Notes: generated by a model not told the origin, from the letters alone. Counted from the first letter of the stretch, positions 45,033-55,446 are shown. The stretch is 64,000 nt of DNA from an uncultured Gammaproteobacteria bacterium (GCA_964540475.1 CAZIMC010000001.1:97203-161202), one strand, 5' to 3'. Translations and numbers: made by a program.

Positions 45033-46131
45033 CTGGCATTATCAAATGAAGGTAGTTTGCATCTGTTGGGTCCAAAAAGACACCCGGTGAATCGGTATCT
45101 GAAAGCTCCATTCTTATGTCGCTTGAGTTTGTTGAGTGTAGAAACTCCTCTAAGAATTTATAGTTAAACGCAATCTCAAAATTATTATCACTTTCAACTC
45201 CTTCAACTTTTGCCTCAACCGAGGTTTCTTGTGTCCCTGAAGACGGGCTCTCAGCAAAGATACCCAATGAATGTTTACCTACCTTAATTTTAATAATATT
45301 TGCTGCATCGCGGGCAATTGCTGATGAAATCTTTACTGCTCGAACCAACTCTTCCCGACCAACCAAAACCTTGTATTTAGTGGTTTTTGGAATTATTTTT
45401 TCAAAGTCTGGAAAATTTCCTTCAATAATTCTCGACGACAAAACCAAATCCTCGTTTCCAAACAACACCTGATTGTCTTTAGACTTAAAATTCATTAAAA
45501 TCTCTTCTTGCCCTTCAAACAATTTAGCTACTTCCAGGATTGCACCTCTGGGTAAGTTTATTTGCCCCTCAAATGATTCACTACTTGCAATTCTTTTCTG
45601 TGACAACCTAAAACCGTCGGTTGCGACCATTAGAATGCTATTTTTATCATGAAGCATTAAAATACCAGTCAGGACCGGCCTAGTTTCGTCGGTTGAGCAA
45701 GCAAAAACCACTTGGGGAATAGACTTTAAAAACTCACCGTTAGTGAGTTTAATTACATTATCGCTACCCACCACTTCTGGTACTTTGGGATAGTCTGACG
45801 AGTTCATTCCAAGTAATGTAGAACTAAAACCATCCTTTTGAAGACTTAATTGCTCCTTTTCTGATGCAATATTTATTCCACCCGGGGTTAAATTATTTAC
45901 TATCTCTGTTATTACCTTAGACGGTACAGTTATTTCCCCTTCTTCTTCAATCTTACCTGCTAATTTAACTACTACTGAAATTTCTAAATTTGTAGACGCT
46001 AGTAAGAATTTTGTCTTACGAGCAGACAATAATGTGTTCCCAAGTACAGGCAGCTGTGCCTTGGAACTACTGAATCTGGATGTAATACTAAGTGCTTTTG
46101 CGAAATTTTCCTGTAGTAATTTAACTTTCAT
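45016..46131 (-). CDS. dnaN: DNA polymerase III beta sliding clamp DnaN
   Basis: 371 aa; N-terminus MKVKLLQENFAKALSITSRF...LPVLGNTLL; sits downstream of dnaA. Confidence 0.85.
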   Translation of the reverse strand: MKVKLLQENFAKALSITSRFSSSKAQLPVLGNTLLSARKTKFLLASTNLEISVVVKLAGKIEEEGEITVPSKVITEIVNNLTPGGINIASEKEQLSLQKDGFSSTLLGMNSSDYPKVPEVVGSDNVIKLTNGEFLKSIPQVVFACSTDETRPVLTGILMLHDKNSILMVATDGFRLSQKRIASSESFEGQINLPRGAILEVAKLFEGQEEILMNFKSKDNQVLFGNEDLVLSSRIIEGNFPDFEKIIPKTTKYKVLVGREELVRAVKISSAIARDAANIIKIKVGKHSLGIFAESPSSGTQETSVEAKVEGVESDNNFEIAFNYKFLEEFLHSTNSSDIRMELSDTDSPGVFLDPTDANYLHLIMPVRIQG

Positions 46132-46336
46132 ATTTATTGGTTAATGACAAATTTCTTCTTACTCCTTTTATCATATATTAATTAGTAGAACTAGTAGTAG
46201 GTATTGTTGATATGTGTAATTTTAAGCATATTTAGGCGCAGATAAAATGTGAATAATACGCATATCAATTTGTTGATAAATTTGTGGATATTTATAAAAA
46301 GATTGTTGATAAGTGGAAATCTCTTTAAAAGTATCC
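46132..46336. promoter_or_regulatory. AT-rich dnaA-dnaN intergenic region with DnaA-box-like repeats (candidate oriC element)
   Basis: TTGTTGATATGTG (46204), TGTTGATAA (46271), TGTGGATAT (46283), TTGTTGATAAG (46303); about 75% AT. Confidence 0.55.
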
Positions 46337-47704
46337 TCAAAGCTTTTGCTTTATACCCATTATGTCCTCACGTATTTGCACATTGCTTGAAGCTAGTTCG
46401 GTCACCTTATCAACAGCGTGCATGACGGTAGTGTGATCGCGCCCCCCCACCAGTCTGCCAACCTCTTCCAGTGGCAGCAGTAACTCTTTCCTTAAGAGAT
46501 ACATTAATATTTGCCTTGGCCTGGCAATTGGGCGTGCCCTCGAGTCTCCCAACAAAGACCTTTTACCCACAGAATAATATTTACAAACAATTTCTATTAA
46601 ATCATTCGGCGCCACTCGTTGTGTGTTGCCATTTGTTGTTGGCTTACCCAGAACTGAATTAATAAGGTCAGGTGTAATTTCGGTCTGCTTAAGGTGCGCT
46701 TCTGATATAAGTCTTGTTAGAAAACCCTCAATCTTTCTTGCCGACTCGAGACTTCCCGCAATAAGCTGAATTTGTTCCATGCTTATTTCCAAGCCTTTCT
46801 CCTTGGTTTTTATCATAATAATTGCACACCTGAGCTCAAAGTCGGGAGGGGCTATGTCAACTATTAATCCTGCCTCAAACCTGCTTCTTAATCTTTCTTC
46901 AAGCTTTGAAATTTCTGAAGGGGGTCTGTCAGAAGTTAGGATAATTTGCCCGCCAGCCCGGGTTACGGCATTAAAAGTGTGGAAAAACTCCTCCTGTACA
47001 GTATCTTTACCGGCAATGAACTGAATATCGTCTAAAAGCAATATATCAAGCCTCCTGTATTTATCTCTAAAGGTTTGTGTTGTCTTGTTTCTTATTCCTT
47101 CGACAATATCGTTAGTAAAATCCTCAGCAGTGCAGAACAGGACCTTTGTGTCAACCTTTTTTTTCAAGACCTCGACTGCTACGGCATTAGCCAAATGCGT
47201 TTTGCCTACCCCCACTCCACCCCAAAGAAAAAGTGGATTATAGGTAGTGCCTGGATTTCGCGATACTGCCTCTGCGGCGGCGTGGGCCATTTGATTGGAA
47301 GGGGAGACAGCAAAATTTTCAAAAGTAAAATTTTCCTTTATTCTTGCACTGATAAGTTTTTCTTGGGACAAACTATTTGTTGTCGTTTCGTTTTTTTGAA
47401 ACAGGGGTGCTTCTATTTCAACTGCCTTTTCATTTAATACAACTTGTCTGACTTCAAATACCAGGTCACATGGTTTCCCTAGGTGTTGAGCTAGTGTGTC
47501 TTGCACTAAACCAAAGTATCTTGTTTCAAGGGTGGTCTTTACATAAGAGGAGTTGCAGCCAACTGTTGATATAAACCGGCCTCCCGTATCCTTGGTGTCA
47601 ATCAGGTGTGTTTGGGTGAACCAGGTTGAAAAGATTGCGGGCGAAACTGAAAGCCGTATGCTTTCTAGAATTTCTTTCCAAAGGTGTTTGTTGTCTGTAT
47701 CCAT
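46337..47704 (-). CDS. dnaA: chromosomal replication initiator DnaA
   Basis: Walker A GGVGVGKTHL; LLLDDIQFIAGK; C-terminal DNA-binding signature DHTTVMHAVDKV. Confidence 0.92.
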   Translation of the reverse strand: MDTDNKHLWKEILESIRLSVSPAIFSTWFTQTHLIDTKDTGGRFISTVGCNSSYVKTTLETRYFGLVQDTLAQHLGKPCDLVFEVRQVVLNEKAVEIEAPLFQKNETTTNSLSQEKLISARIKENFTFENFAVSPSNQMAHAAAEAVSRNPGTTYNPLFLWGGVGVGKTHLANAVAVEVLKKKVDTKVLFCTAEDFTNDIVEGIRNKTTQTFRDKYRRLDILLLDDIQFIAGKDTVQEEFFHTFNAVTRAGGQIILTSDRPPSEISKLEERLRSRFEAGLIVDIAPPDFELRCAIIMIKTKEKGLEISMEQIQLIAGSLESARKIEGFLTRLISEAHLKQTEITPDLINSVLGKPTTNGNTQRVAPNDLIEIVCKYYSVGKRSLLGDSRARPIARPRQILMYLLRKELLLPLEEVGRLVGGRDHTTVMHAVDKVTELASSNVQIREDIMGIKQKL

Positions 47705-47789
47705 GTTTGCTTTTGCACAGAAGTCCCTTTGTCTGTTGTTATGGGGGTGGGCGGTGTGTTCTGTGCTTTTTGCTTCTGCACTTTAATAA

Positions 47790-47860
47790 AGTTATCCACA
47801 ATTCGTCAATCCCCAAAACTGCAGGCTACATTGCAAAATGTAACTCTTACGGTATAATCG
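47790..47860 (+). promoter_or_regulatory. perfect DnaA box (TTATCCACA, 47792..47800) and sigma-70-like promoter (TTGCAA, 16-nt spacer, TATAAT) upstream of rpmH
   Basis: TTGCAA at 47831..47836, TATAAT at 47853..47858, ATG of rpmH at 47865. Confidence 0.5.
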
Positions 47861-47864
47861 TACT

Positions 47865-48005
47865 ATGGCCACAAAAAGAACATACAGTCCGAGCAAAGTC
47901 AAGCGAGCAAAGAAATTCGGTTTTCGAGCAAGAATGAAGACAAAATCAGGTAGAGACGTAATTAAACGAAGGGCGCTAAAGGAAAGAAAAGTGCTTACTT
48001 CTTAA
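47865..48005 (+). CDS. rpmH: 50S ribosomal protein L34
   Basis: [46 protein letters not shown], 46 aa; below the ORF-track size cutoff; precedes rnpA. Confidence 0.85.
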   Translation: MATKRTYSPSKVKRAKKFGFRARMKTKSGRDVIKRRALKERKVLTS

Positions 48006-48012
48006 GTCCACA

Positions 48013-48360
48013 ATGCTGGCTGCAAAATATCATCTCAAAGGAAAGAAGAATTTTGATGAAGTATTAGGAAAAGGCAAGTTTGCTCAGTCCGAATCGTTTG
48101 GGATTGCATATTTGCGAAACGACAGCAAAGAAGCCTCTTGTTTTGGCTTTGTTGTGTCGACAAAGATCTCCAAACATGCAGTACTGCGAAATAGGGTAAA
48201 AAGAGCGCTCAGCGAGGCTGTTCGTTTTATGATGGGAGAGATTGAACCTGGGTACAATGTTGTTTTTCTGGCAAAGTCCCTAAGCCTTAAGAAGTCTACC
48301 GACGAGCTTATGCGGGAGGTGCAGGTTTCCTTACGAAAAACAAAGCTTGTAAAAAAATGA
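48013..48360 (+). CDS. rnpA: RNase P protein component RnpA
   Basis: 115 aa, basic; FGFVVSTKISKHAVLRNRVKRALSEA motif; rpmH-rnpA-yidD-yidC order. Confidence 0.85.
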   Translation: MLAAKYHLKGKKNFDEVLGKGKFAQSESFGIAYLRNDSKEASCFGFVVSTKISKHAVLRNRVKRALSEAVRFMMGEIEPGYNVVFLAKSLSLKKSTDELMREVQVSLRKTKLVKK

Positions 48361-48599
48361 AAACTTTCTTGTTAATCATACTCGATATATACAAAATCGT
48401 TCTCTCACCTTTTCTCCACAGGCTGGGAATAGGAGGGGAACAGGTGTGCAGATTTAAGCCTACATGTAGTGAATACCTAAAAATTAGCATAATTAAACAC
48501 GGTGTCTTAAGGGGTGTGTCTTTGGGGTTTCGCAGACTTTTGAGCTGTAACGCTTGGGAGATCGGTGCAAATCGTTTTTTAAAAGTTCTTAAGTCTTAA
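48357..48599 (+). CDS. yidD: membrane protein insertion efficiency factor YidD
   Basis: YKIVLSPFL...CRFKPTCSEY...HG...G...RLLSCN. Confidence 0.8.
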   Translation: MKTFLLIILDIYKIVLSPFLHRLGIGGEQVCRFKPTCSEYLKISIIKHGVLRGVSLGFRRLLSCNAWEIGANRFLKVLKS

Positions 48600-48623
48600 C
48601 TTTTTAGCTTAATACAAACAGAA

Positions 48624-49475
48624 ATGAACATATTTAATACTTTACTTATCGAGCCCCTCGCTAACGGGCTGATGGTTTTTTATAGACTGCTAGGTGGCAA
48701 CATGGGTCTTGCAATAGTTGCTTTCAGTTTTGCTTTGAGACTTCTTCTAAACCCACTAACTAAGCCTTACATGCAGTCTATGAAAAAGATGAAGGAAGTT
48801 GAACCACTAGTTGCAAAGTTAAAGAAAAAGTATCAAAAAGACCCAAAAAAACTAATGCAGGCACAAAGCGACCTTTACAAACAAAAAGGAATAAACCCAG
48901 GGGCAGGGTGTTTGCCATACATTTTGCAGATAGTTGTCTTAATTGCGCTTTTCAATGTGTTTAACCGGGCGCTTGCTGGAAATGGCGAGCCCCTTACGCG
49001 GTTTAATGAGCTTCTTTATGAACCATTAAAATTTGCCCAAGGAGAGACCTTAAACACAAGGTTTTTATACTTAGATATCACTAAGCCAGACACGTTTAAT
49101 GTCGGCTTGCCTTTTCCAGTCCCTGGGCCACTTTTGCTCTTTGCAGCTGTACTGCAATTCGCAGCAAGCAAAATGATGACGCCATTTGTCAAAAAGGCAG
49201 AAACAGTAGCCAAAAAAACAGAAACCGGGGTTGACGATATGCAGGTGGCTATGCAAAAGTCCATGAGTTATACATTTCCGCTTTTTACAATAATTTTTGG
49301 TATCAATTTCCCATCAGGATTGGCTTTGTACTGGTTGCTGTTTTCTTTTTGGCAGGTGTGGCAGCAGTACCACACATCCGGGTGGGGAGGGCTCACCCCT
49401 TTCATTAATCGAATTGGTCTGATAAAATTGGCGGGAACAGGAGAAGTCGATGTCAAACACAAAACCAGAAAGTAA
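48624..49475 (+). CDS. yidC: membrane protein insertase YidC/Oxa1 family
   Basis: MKKMKEVEPLVAKLKKKYQKDPKKLMQAQSDLYKQKGINPGAGCLPYILQIVVLIALF. Confidence 0.85.
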   Translation: MNIFNTLLIEPLANGLMVFYRLLGGNMGLAIVAFSFALRLLLNPLTKPYMQSMKKMKEVEPLVAKLKKKYQKDPKKLMQAQSDLYKQKGINPGAGCLPYILQIVVLIALFNVFNRALAGNGEPLTRFNELLYEPLKFAQGETLNTRFLYLDITKPDTFNVGLPFPVPGPLLLFAAVLQFAASKMMTPFVKKAETVAKKTETGVDDMQVAMQKSMSYTFPLFTIIFGINFPSGLALYWLLFSFWQVWQQYHTSGWGGLTPFINRIGLIKLAGTGEVDVKHKTRK

Positions 49476-49926
49476 GCTCCAAATGGTTCAAGAAACCGCT
49501 GAGAAACTTGTTAGTTTAATGAGTTTGCAAGCTAGTGTTAACACCACCGAGGATGCTGCCGGTGGCCACTACATTGTTAATATTGAAGCAGGAGAGGAAA
49601 ACGGTTTGTTAATTGGCAGGCGTGGAGAAACCTTGCTCTCATTACAATTTATGCTTTCAGTTTTAACTAAAGAGGCTTTAGAGGAGGGGGAACGTGTATT
49701 GGTCAATGTGGGGGATTGGCGCGAAAAACAAGAGCTGTATTTAAAGGAGCTTGCGCATGAAACAGCACAAAGAGCCAAAGATACTCAAGAGCCGCAACCG
49801 CTATACAACCTATCAGCTGCACAAAGGAGAATTGTACACATGGAATTGTCTGAAGACAATTCTGTCTTGACAGAGTCTATCGGCGAGGGTGATGAGCGTT
49901 ATTTGGTGGTTAAGCCAAAAAGTTAA
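49450..49926 (+). CDS. jag: Jag/KhpB-like RNA-binding protein (KH + R3H domains)
   Basis: C-terminal R3H LSAAQRRIVHMELSEDNSVLTESIGEGDERYLVV; position after yidC. Confidence 0.75.
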   Translation: MSNTKPESKLQMVQETAEKLVSLMSLQASVNTTEDAAGGHYIVNIEAGEENGLLIGRRGETLLSLQFMLSVLTKEALEEGERVLVNVGDWREKQELYLKELAHETAQRAKDTQEPQPLYNLSAAQRRIVHMELSEDNSVLTESIGEGDERYLVVKPKS

Positions 49927-49929
49927 GAA

Positions 49930-51162
49930 GTGCTTAAGAGTCTTGAAGACAAAACGTTTAAATTATTAGCATTCCTTCTTCCCACACAGCTATCAGTTCA
50001 TTTTTTCCCATCTTGGAGCTATTTACTTGGAATACGCATAGACTACTTTGCTCCAGCACTTTATGCAACCGACATTCTTGTTTTAAGCTTGTTTATTCTA
50101 TCGGTATACAATAGAAACTTCAAAGCTGACAAAAATGTGCCTTGGATGATATTTATGATCTTTATTTTTGCAGTCATAAATATCCACCTTTCCACACTTC
50201 CACAAGTTGCAATACTTAAGTGGCTTAAGTTTTTCCAGATGGTCTTTTTGTTTTTGTATATTAAGAATAAAAAAAACTTAGGCGTCAACTCTGTTGTACT
50301 TCCCTTGAGTTTGTCCATCATTGTAATTGGAATTTTGGGGGTATTACAGCTGGTTATGCAGCAGAGCGTAGGGTCACTTTTTTATTTATTGGGAGAAAGA
50401 CAAATAAGCATCTCGACTGTGGGTGTTTCCAAAATAACACTGTTAGGTAAGGAGTATTTAAGAGCATATTCCACATTTTCTCACCCCAACGCGAAAGCGG
50501 CGTTTGTGTTAGCTGCTATGCCAATGTTGTTTACCTTGAAACATACTGGGCATCTTAAATATGTCAAACATGCATCAATTGCGATGGGGTCTATTGCCGT
50601 TCTAATAGCGTTTTCGCTTTCAGCGTACATTGCCGCTCTTGTAATGGGCTTACTGGCAACAACGAAGAAATGGGTTTTGGTGAAGGTGGTAAAGGCTGGT
50701 GTGGTAATTGGAATAGCCCTGAGTGTGGCTCTTCCGTTATTTTCAAGATACATGATAAGTACATATTCATTAGAACAAAGTGTTGTTGAGCGGCTTGAAC
50801 AGGCAGAAGTTTCAGGACAATTAATTTCCCAGAATTTTTTGTTTGGAGCAGGTCTTAACAACTATATACACGAGGCTATTAAAGCGATGCCTGGGCTTCC
50901 TGGCACATGGCTAATGCAGCCGGTTCATAACATTTTTTTGCTTCTTTTTACAGAGTCTGGCGCCTTTGGCTTAGTTGGATCCTTTTTACTTATATGCTAT
51001 TTACTATCATCTGATAAAACAAAAACAACTCGCACATTGACCCTAAGCTTATTTGTCATTATTGTTACAGGGCTGTTTGATCATCACTGGTTAACACAGC
51101 AACAAAATATTCTGTTTTTTACAATGGTTGCCGGCTTTCTTGCAAAGGAGAAAACTATTTAA
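49930..51162 (+). CDS. polytopic membrane protein, O-antigen ligase (Wzy_C)-like
   Basis: 410 aa, at least ten TM helices; central loop RAYSTFSHPNAKAAFVLAAMP resembles the Wzy_C signature. Confidence 0.5.
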   Translation: MLKSLEDKTFKLLAFLLPTQLSVHFFPSWSYLLGIRIDYFAPALYATDILVLSLFILSVYNRNFKADKNVPWMIFMIFIFAVINIHLSTLPQVAILKWLKFFQMVFLFLYIKNKKNLGVNSVVLPLSLSIIVIGILGVLQLVMQQSVGSLFYLLGERQISISTVGVSKITLLGKEYLRAYSTFSHPNAKAAFVLAAMPMLFTLKHTGHLKYVKHASIAMGSIAVLIAFSLSAYIAALVMGLLATTKKWVLVKVVKAGVVIGIALSVALPLFSRYMISTYSLEQSVVERLEQAEVSGQLISQNFLFGAGLNNYIHEAIKAMPGLPGTWLMQPVHNIFLLLFTESGAFGLVGSFLLICYLLSSDKTKTTRTLTLSLFVIIVTGLFDHHWLTQQQNILFFTMVAGFLAKEKTI

Positions 51163-51185
51163 AAATTTTGTATACTTTTTAAGTT

Positions 51186-51587
51186 ATGCTAAAAATATTT
51201 TGCGATGGTGGTGCAAGGGGGAATCCTGGTCCAGCTGCTTGTGCAATTGCAGTGTTTGACGGGGAAGTGGTTATTTACAAAACCTCTAAATATTTGGGTG
51301 TAGCAACTAACAATGTTGCCGAGTACGAATCTGTGTTGTTGGGGCTTCATTATTTAACCAATAATCTACCCGACAAAGATGTTGTTTTTATACTTGATTC
51401 CCAACTTGTTGCAAGACAGATGTCTGGCGTCTATAAAATTAAAAACGAGAAGTTGCGTGGTCTTTTCGTTAAGGCAAAAACACTTGAGAATCTGTTGCCA
51501 ATTAAAATTTCCTACACGAGTGTTGCCCGTGAGCAGAACACAGTAGCAGACGCCCTGGTCAACGAGGCACTTGATGAAAACCCTTAA
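51186..51587 (+). CDS. RNase H-like domain protein (RNase HI family)
   Basis: CDGGARGNPGPAACA...TNNVAEYESVLLGL...LDSQLV...REQNTVADALVN matches RNase H catalytic D/E/D/D context. Confidence 0.7.
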   Translation: MLKIFCDGGARGNPGPAACAIAVFDGEVVIYKTSKYLGVATNNVAEYESVLLGLHYLTNNLPDKDVVFILDSQLVARQMSGVYKIKNEKLRGLFVKAKTLENLLPIKISYTSVAREQNTVADALVNEALDENP

Positions 51588-51707
51588 AAATTTCACGTTG
51601 CCATTTTATGATATTTGCCCTCCTTCACTTGAAAACCACAAGAAGCATAAAATTGTGCCGATTTAAGCAGTTTGAAAAGCTGCGGTAATTGCCTTAGCAT
51701 GTAGTAG

Positions 51708-54386
51708 ATGAATCTAGACACACTGCGTGTTAATAAACCCAAGGTATCCTTAATATGTCAGCCTTCTTCTTTGGGCCTGTATATTGCAGAGAGATTGCTG
51801 TCTAGCTATTGCAGCGTTACGGTTTTTACACCTGAGCCAAACACGTGGGAGAAAAAGTACAGCCACCTTCGTTTTAGTAAATCCTTTGCAGTGGTAACTA
51901 CACCAGCCCCCTCTTTTGGGTCACCCGACTACGTAGTTACTGATTTTTCCGACCTTTCCAATACCACTTGGATAGAAGAAACCCTTGGGATGATTAGAGT
52001 GTCAGAAAATTTGTCTGCTTTAAGAATACTTATGATTTTACCATTTGCTGTTAACAGCAGCCAGGGGAAAATTTTAAAAAAGATTATACATTCTTTCTCT
52101 AAATTTTTGCACGTTAAGATAATTTACGTTGGGCAAACATATGGCCCCAGAATGCTAAGTGGGGAAAGCGTTTTTGCAGCCGAACTCTTTGATGCACTCA
52201 CCATAGGAGAGGCCGTTTCTAAAGATGCTGAGATCTGCCTCTCTTATTCTCCGTATACTGCTAAGGAAATTGTTAAGTGCTTACTGTCTTTTGACTTCCT
52301 TTCTGTTAAGACCATTGTGATAACAACGATTATTAAGCATAGCGAGCTTATAAATATTTTAGGTGAGTTATTGCCTGAACTTAAAATTAAGAAAGCACGA
52401 AAAATTATTCGTCAAAGTGTTGTGGGCGAGGGAAAAAGATATGTGTTACAAACAAACGTATATAAGAGCTTAAGTGAAACACTTACCTGGTTTATCAAAA
52501 GACCTGAACTTCTCGACGACCCGGAAGATGTACCCCTGCTTACCGAACTTCGAAACCAGTACTTCGATAGAAAATTATTAAAAAGTAGAATTGCTACGAC
52601 GTTTGCTATATTTGCAACAGTGTTTGTTGTGCTTCCGGTAGTTTTATTGCTTTTGTCGGGTGCCACCCTTTTCATTTCTTATAAACGTATTGCAGAGGGG
52701 GATCTAAATTCGTCTAAAGCAATTTTGTCGTTCTCTAAGACCACCGCCCGCATTGCAGGGCAACAAACAACCACCCTAGCGTCCGTGCCCATATTGGGCC
52801 ACTTGTTTAAGCTGCAACACAACTCCGCAAGCCTGCTTCTTGAAGCAGGGGAGTTGGGTGACCAGGTGATTTATGTTGGCGAGAAAGCCAGCTCTCTTGT
52901 TGCCAATGTGATTGGTCAAGGCGAGCTCGACATTTCCCGGGATGCGAGCGACTTGGCAGTTGGTATCGATGCTTTATATAGACAAACAGCCTTTATTGAA
53001 AGCGACTTATTATTTTTGGAACCCTTTAGTAGCAGCTTGTTGTATAGGTTCACAAAGCTTGCGCCCACTGAAATTAGGGAATATTTACTATATGCCAAAA
53101 CGTTTGCAACAGAGCTTCCAGACCTTCTTGGACAAAGCGGAAAGGTGAGTTATATGGTGCTTTTTCAAAACAACATGGAGCTTAGACCTACTGGTGGTTT
53201 TATTGGCTCTTTTGCCTTGGTTGACTTTGAGCGGGGTAAGTTGGTTAATTACGAAATATTTGATGTATATGAGGCCGACGGTCAACTTAAAGGTTATGTT
53301 GCCCCTCCCGAACCGATTTCTAAATATCTAGGAGAAGCAGCATGGTATATGCGAGATGGAAATTGGGATCCAGACTTTCCAGTCTCGGCAGAGAGAATTG
53401 AGTGGTTTTTGGCCAAAGAGCTTGAGAAAGAGGTAGAAGGTGTGGTGGCAATAGATTTAAATGCTGTCGCCTTGCTTCTTGATAATATGGGGCCAGTTTA
53501 TTTAGCAGACTTTAATAAGGAAATAGGAAGCCATAACTTATATGAAGAAACACAGGAAGAGGTTGAACTTGAATTTTTCCCTGGGTCATATAGGAAACGG
53601 AATTTTCTGACGGCACTTGCACGAAGCCTAATGCTTGAAGTTACAGAAGCTGACTCTGATTTGCAAATTGCAATAATTAAATCGCTCCTTACGGGTCTTG
53701 ACAGAAAACACATTCAGGTCTTTTTGCACAATCACAAAGCTCAGGCTACAATTGGCCGCTTGGGCTTCGGGGGCGAAGTGTCGGCACCTAGTTGCCTAGA
53801 GCCTAATTGCACTACTGGCTACACCGGTTTGGTTGAAGCCAACGTTGGGGTTAATAAAATTAATTACCATATTAAAAGAACCACAAACCTTGATGTGTTT
53901 TTAGACGAGGAAAGGATAAAAAATACCCTGGAAGTTACTTACACTAACTCTTCTTCTGTTTCCCACGACCCGAGTGTTAACAATATTTATAAAAATTACC
54001 TAAGACTTTTAATACCAAAAGAAGCTGTAGGTGTATCGGCTTTTGAGGACGAAAACCAGATTGAGCACCTAGACATTATTGATACCGCCAAAGCTCGCGA
54101 AGTTGGGGTATTAATTAATGTTGGCCCTGAGTCCCAAAAAAAAGTCCGTTTCGTTTGGGAGCAGCCAGCTGCCATTAGTTATGATGAATCCGGGCAGTAT
54201 ACTCATTATTGGCGCAAACAGGCAGGAACAGCAGCTGACCCTGTAGTCGTGCGTATAATTGCCCCCAAGCAGGTAAGCCTTAGCGCCAATTTAAAAGGGG
54301 ATTTCTTGACCAGTGCGGGTACATACGTTTATAATACTAACTTGTTGAAGGATTTAGTACTCAATACAACATGGCAACCCCAATAA
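51708..54386 (+). CDS. large DUF4012-domain membrane protein with N-terminal Rossmann-like region
   Basis: 892 aa; central TM helix; YMVLFQNNMELRPTGGFIGSFALVDFERGKL...GVVAIDLNAVALLLDNMGPV is characteristic of DUF4012. Confidence 0.6.
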   Translation: MNLDTLRVNKPKVSLICQPSSLGLYIAERLLSSYCSVTVFTPEPNTWEKKYSHLRFSKSFAVVTTPAPSFGSPDYVVTDFSDLSNTTWIEETLGMIRVSENLSALRILMILPFAVNSSQGKILKKIIHSFSKFLHVKIIYVGQTYGPRMLSGESVFAAELFDALTIGEAVSKDAEICLSYSPYTAKEIVKCLLSFDFLSVKTIVITTIIKHSELINILGELLPELKIKKARKIIRQSVVGEGKRYVLQTNVYKSLSETLTWFIKRPELLDDPEDVPLLTELRNQYFDRKLLKSRIATTFAIFATVFVVLPVVLLLLSGATLFISYKRIAEGDLNSSKAILSFSKTTARIAGQQTTTLASVPILGHLFKLQHNSASLLLEAGELGDQVIYVGEKASSLVANVIGQGELDISRDASDLAVGIDALYRQTAFIESDLLFLEPFSSSLLYRFTKLAPTEIREYLLYAKTFATELPDLLGQSGKVSYMVLFQNNMELRPTGGFIGSFALVDFERGKLVNYEIFDVYEADGQLKGYVAPPEPISKYLGEAAWYMRDGNWDPDFPVSAERIEWFLAKELEKEVEGVVAIDLNAVALLLDNMGPVYLADFNKEIGSHNLYEETQEEVELEFFPGSYRKRNFLTALARSLMLEVTEADSDLQIAIIKSLLTGLDRKHIQVFLHNHKAQATIGRLGFGGEVSAPSCLEPNCTTGYTGLVEANVGVNKINYHIKRTTNLDVFLDEERIKNTLEVTYTNSSSVSHDPSVNNIYKNYLRLLIPKEAVGVSAFEDENQIEHLDIIDTAKAREVGVLINVGPESQKKVRFVWEQPAAISYDESGQYTHYWRKQAGTAADPVVVRIIAPKQVSLSANLKGDFLTSAGTYVYNTNLLKDLVLNTTWQPQ

Positions 54387-55048
54387 TATTAAAGGCTGAG
54401 GAAAGAAATGTGGCAGGCAGAAAAACCAAAGCCTTAAGAAATAAAGGCATTTTGCCGGGTAATGTGTATGGGAAATCTGTAAAAAGTTTGTCGGTTCAGG
54501 TTTCGGCTAGCGACTTTCTAAAGGTTTTCAAAGAGGCTGGGGAGACTGGATTGGTAGATTTAGATTTAGGCAAAGACAAAAAGCCAGTGCTTATACACAA
54601 TATCCAGAAAAATCCCATGACTGACGAGCTCATTCACGTCGACTTTTTCCAGGTCAATCTAAAAGAGAAAGTTACTGCACAGGTTCCTGTTGAACTTACA
54701 GGTGAAGCGCCGGCTGAAAAAATGGGCGTCGGTACTGCAGTTCAATACGTAAATGAAGTGGAGGTAGAGGCCCTTCCGACAGATTTGGTGGAAAGTTTTG
54801 AGGTTGATATTAGCGGCTTAAGCGAGGTTGATCAGGCGATTTACGTTAAGGACTTAAAGTATGATAAAAATAAAATTGAAATCAAAGACGATCTGGAGCA
54901 GATTGTTGTTAAAGTAGAGCCTCCTCAAAAGGAGGAAGAAGTAGCGCCTGCACCCGCTGAGGGTGTGGAGGGGGATGCTTCGCAACCAGCAGAGGGCGAG
55001 GAGTCTCAAGAAGAAGTGGGGCCACAGGCCGAAGAACCCAAAGAGTAA
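54371..55048 (+). CDS. rplY: 50S ribosomal protein L25/general stress protein Ctc
   Basis: ILKAEERNVAGRKTKALRNKGILPGNVYG...LIHNIQKNPMTDELIHVDF; acidic C-terminal tail. Confidence 0.85.
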   Translation: MATPIILKAEERNVAGRKTKALRNKGILPGNVYGKSVKSLSVQVSASDFLKVFKEAGETGLVDLDLGKDKKPVLIHNIQKNPMTDELIHVDFFQVNLKEKVTAQVPVELTGEAPAEKMGVGTAVQYVNEVEVEALPTDLVESFEVDISGLSEVDQAIYVKDLKYDKNKIEIKDDLEQIVVKVEPPQKEEEVAPAPAEGVEGDASQPAEGEESQEEVGPQAEEPKE

Positions 55049-55049
55049 T

Positions 55050-55391
55050 TTATTTTCCTAAAATTTGTTTTTCAAGATTCATAATTTTTATAGAGTTTGG
55101 GTCAATACTTTTGGCTCTTAAAATTAAGCTTCGTGCATACTCCACATTTCCTGCTTCAGCCTCAAGACTTGCGATTTCAAGCCACGCATCGCGGTAGGTG
55201 GGGTTTGTTGCTGCTATGTGCTCCCAGTAGTATCTCTCGTCAGATTGATTAGTTTCTGCCCCAAGCACAACGTGTGGTTTGTCGTTCAAATATACTCCCA
55301 AGTTAAATATACCCAGAATAAACACCAGAAGTCCGAATATCGCAAATGTAAGATCTACATACTGTGCACCTTTTACTTTTGCAGAAGGCAT
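55050..55391 (-). CDS. hypothetical membrane-anchored protein with TPR-like C-terminus
   Basis: 113 aa; N-terminal TM helix; DAWLEIASLEAEAGNVEYARSLILRAKSIDP. Confidence 0.4.
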   Translation of the reverse strand: MPSAKVKGAQYVDLTFAIFGLLVFILGIFNLGVYLNDKPHVVLGAETNQSDERYYWEHIAATNPTYRDAWLEIASLEAEAGNVEYARSLILRAKSIDPNSIKIMNLEKQILGK

Positions 55392-55446
55392 ATATTAATT
55401 TGTAATACCTTTTGACCCGGCTGACAATGGTGTATTGGGTTTGGAG

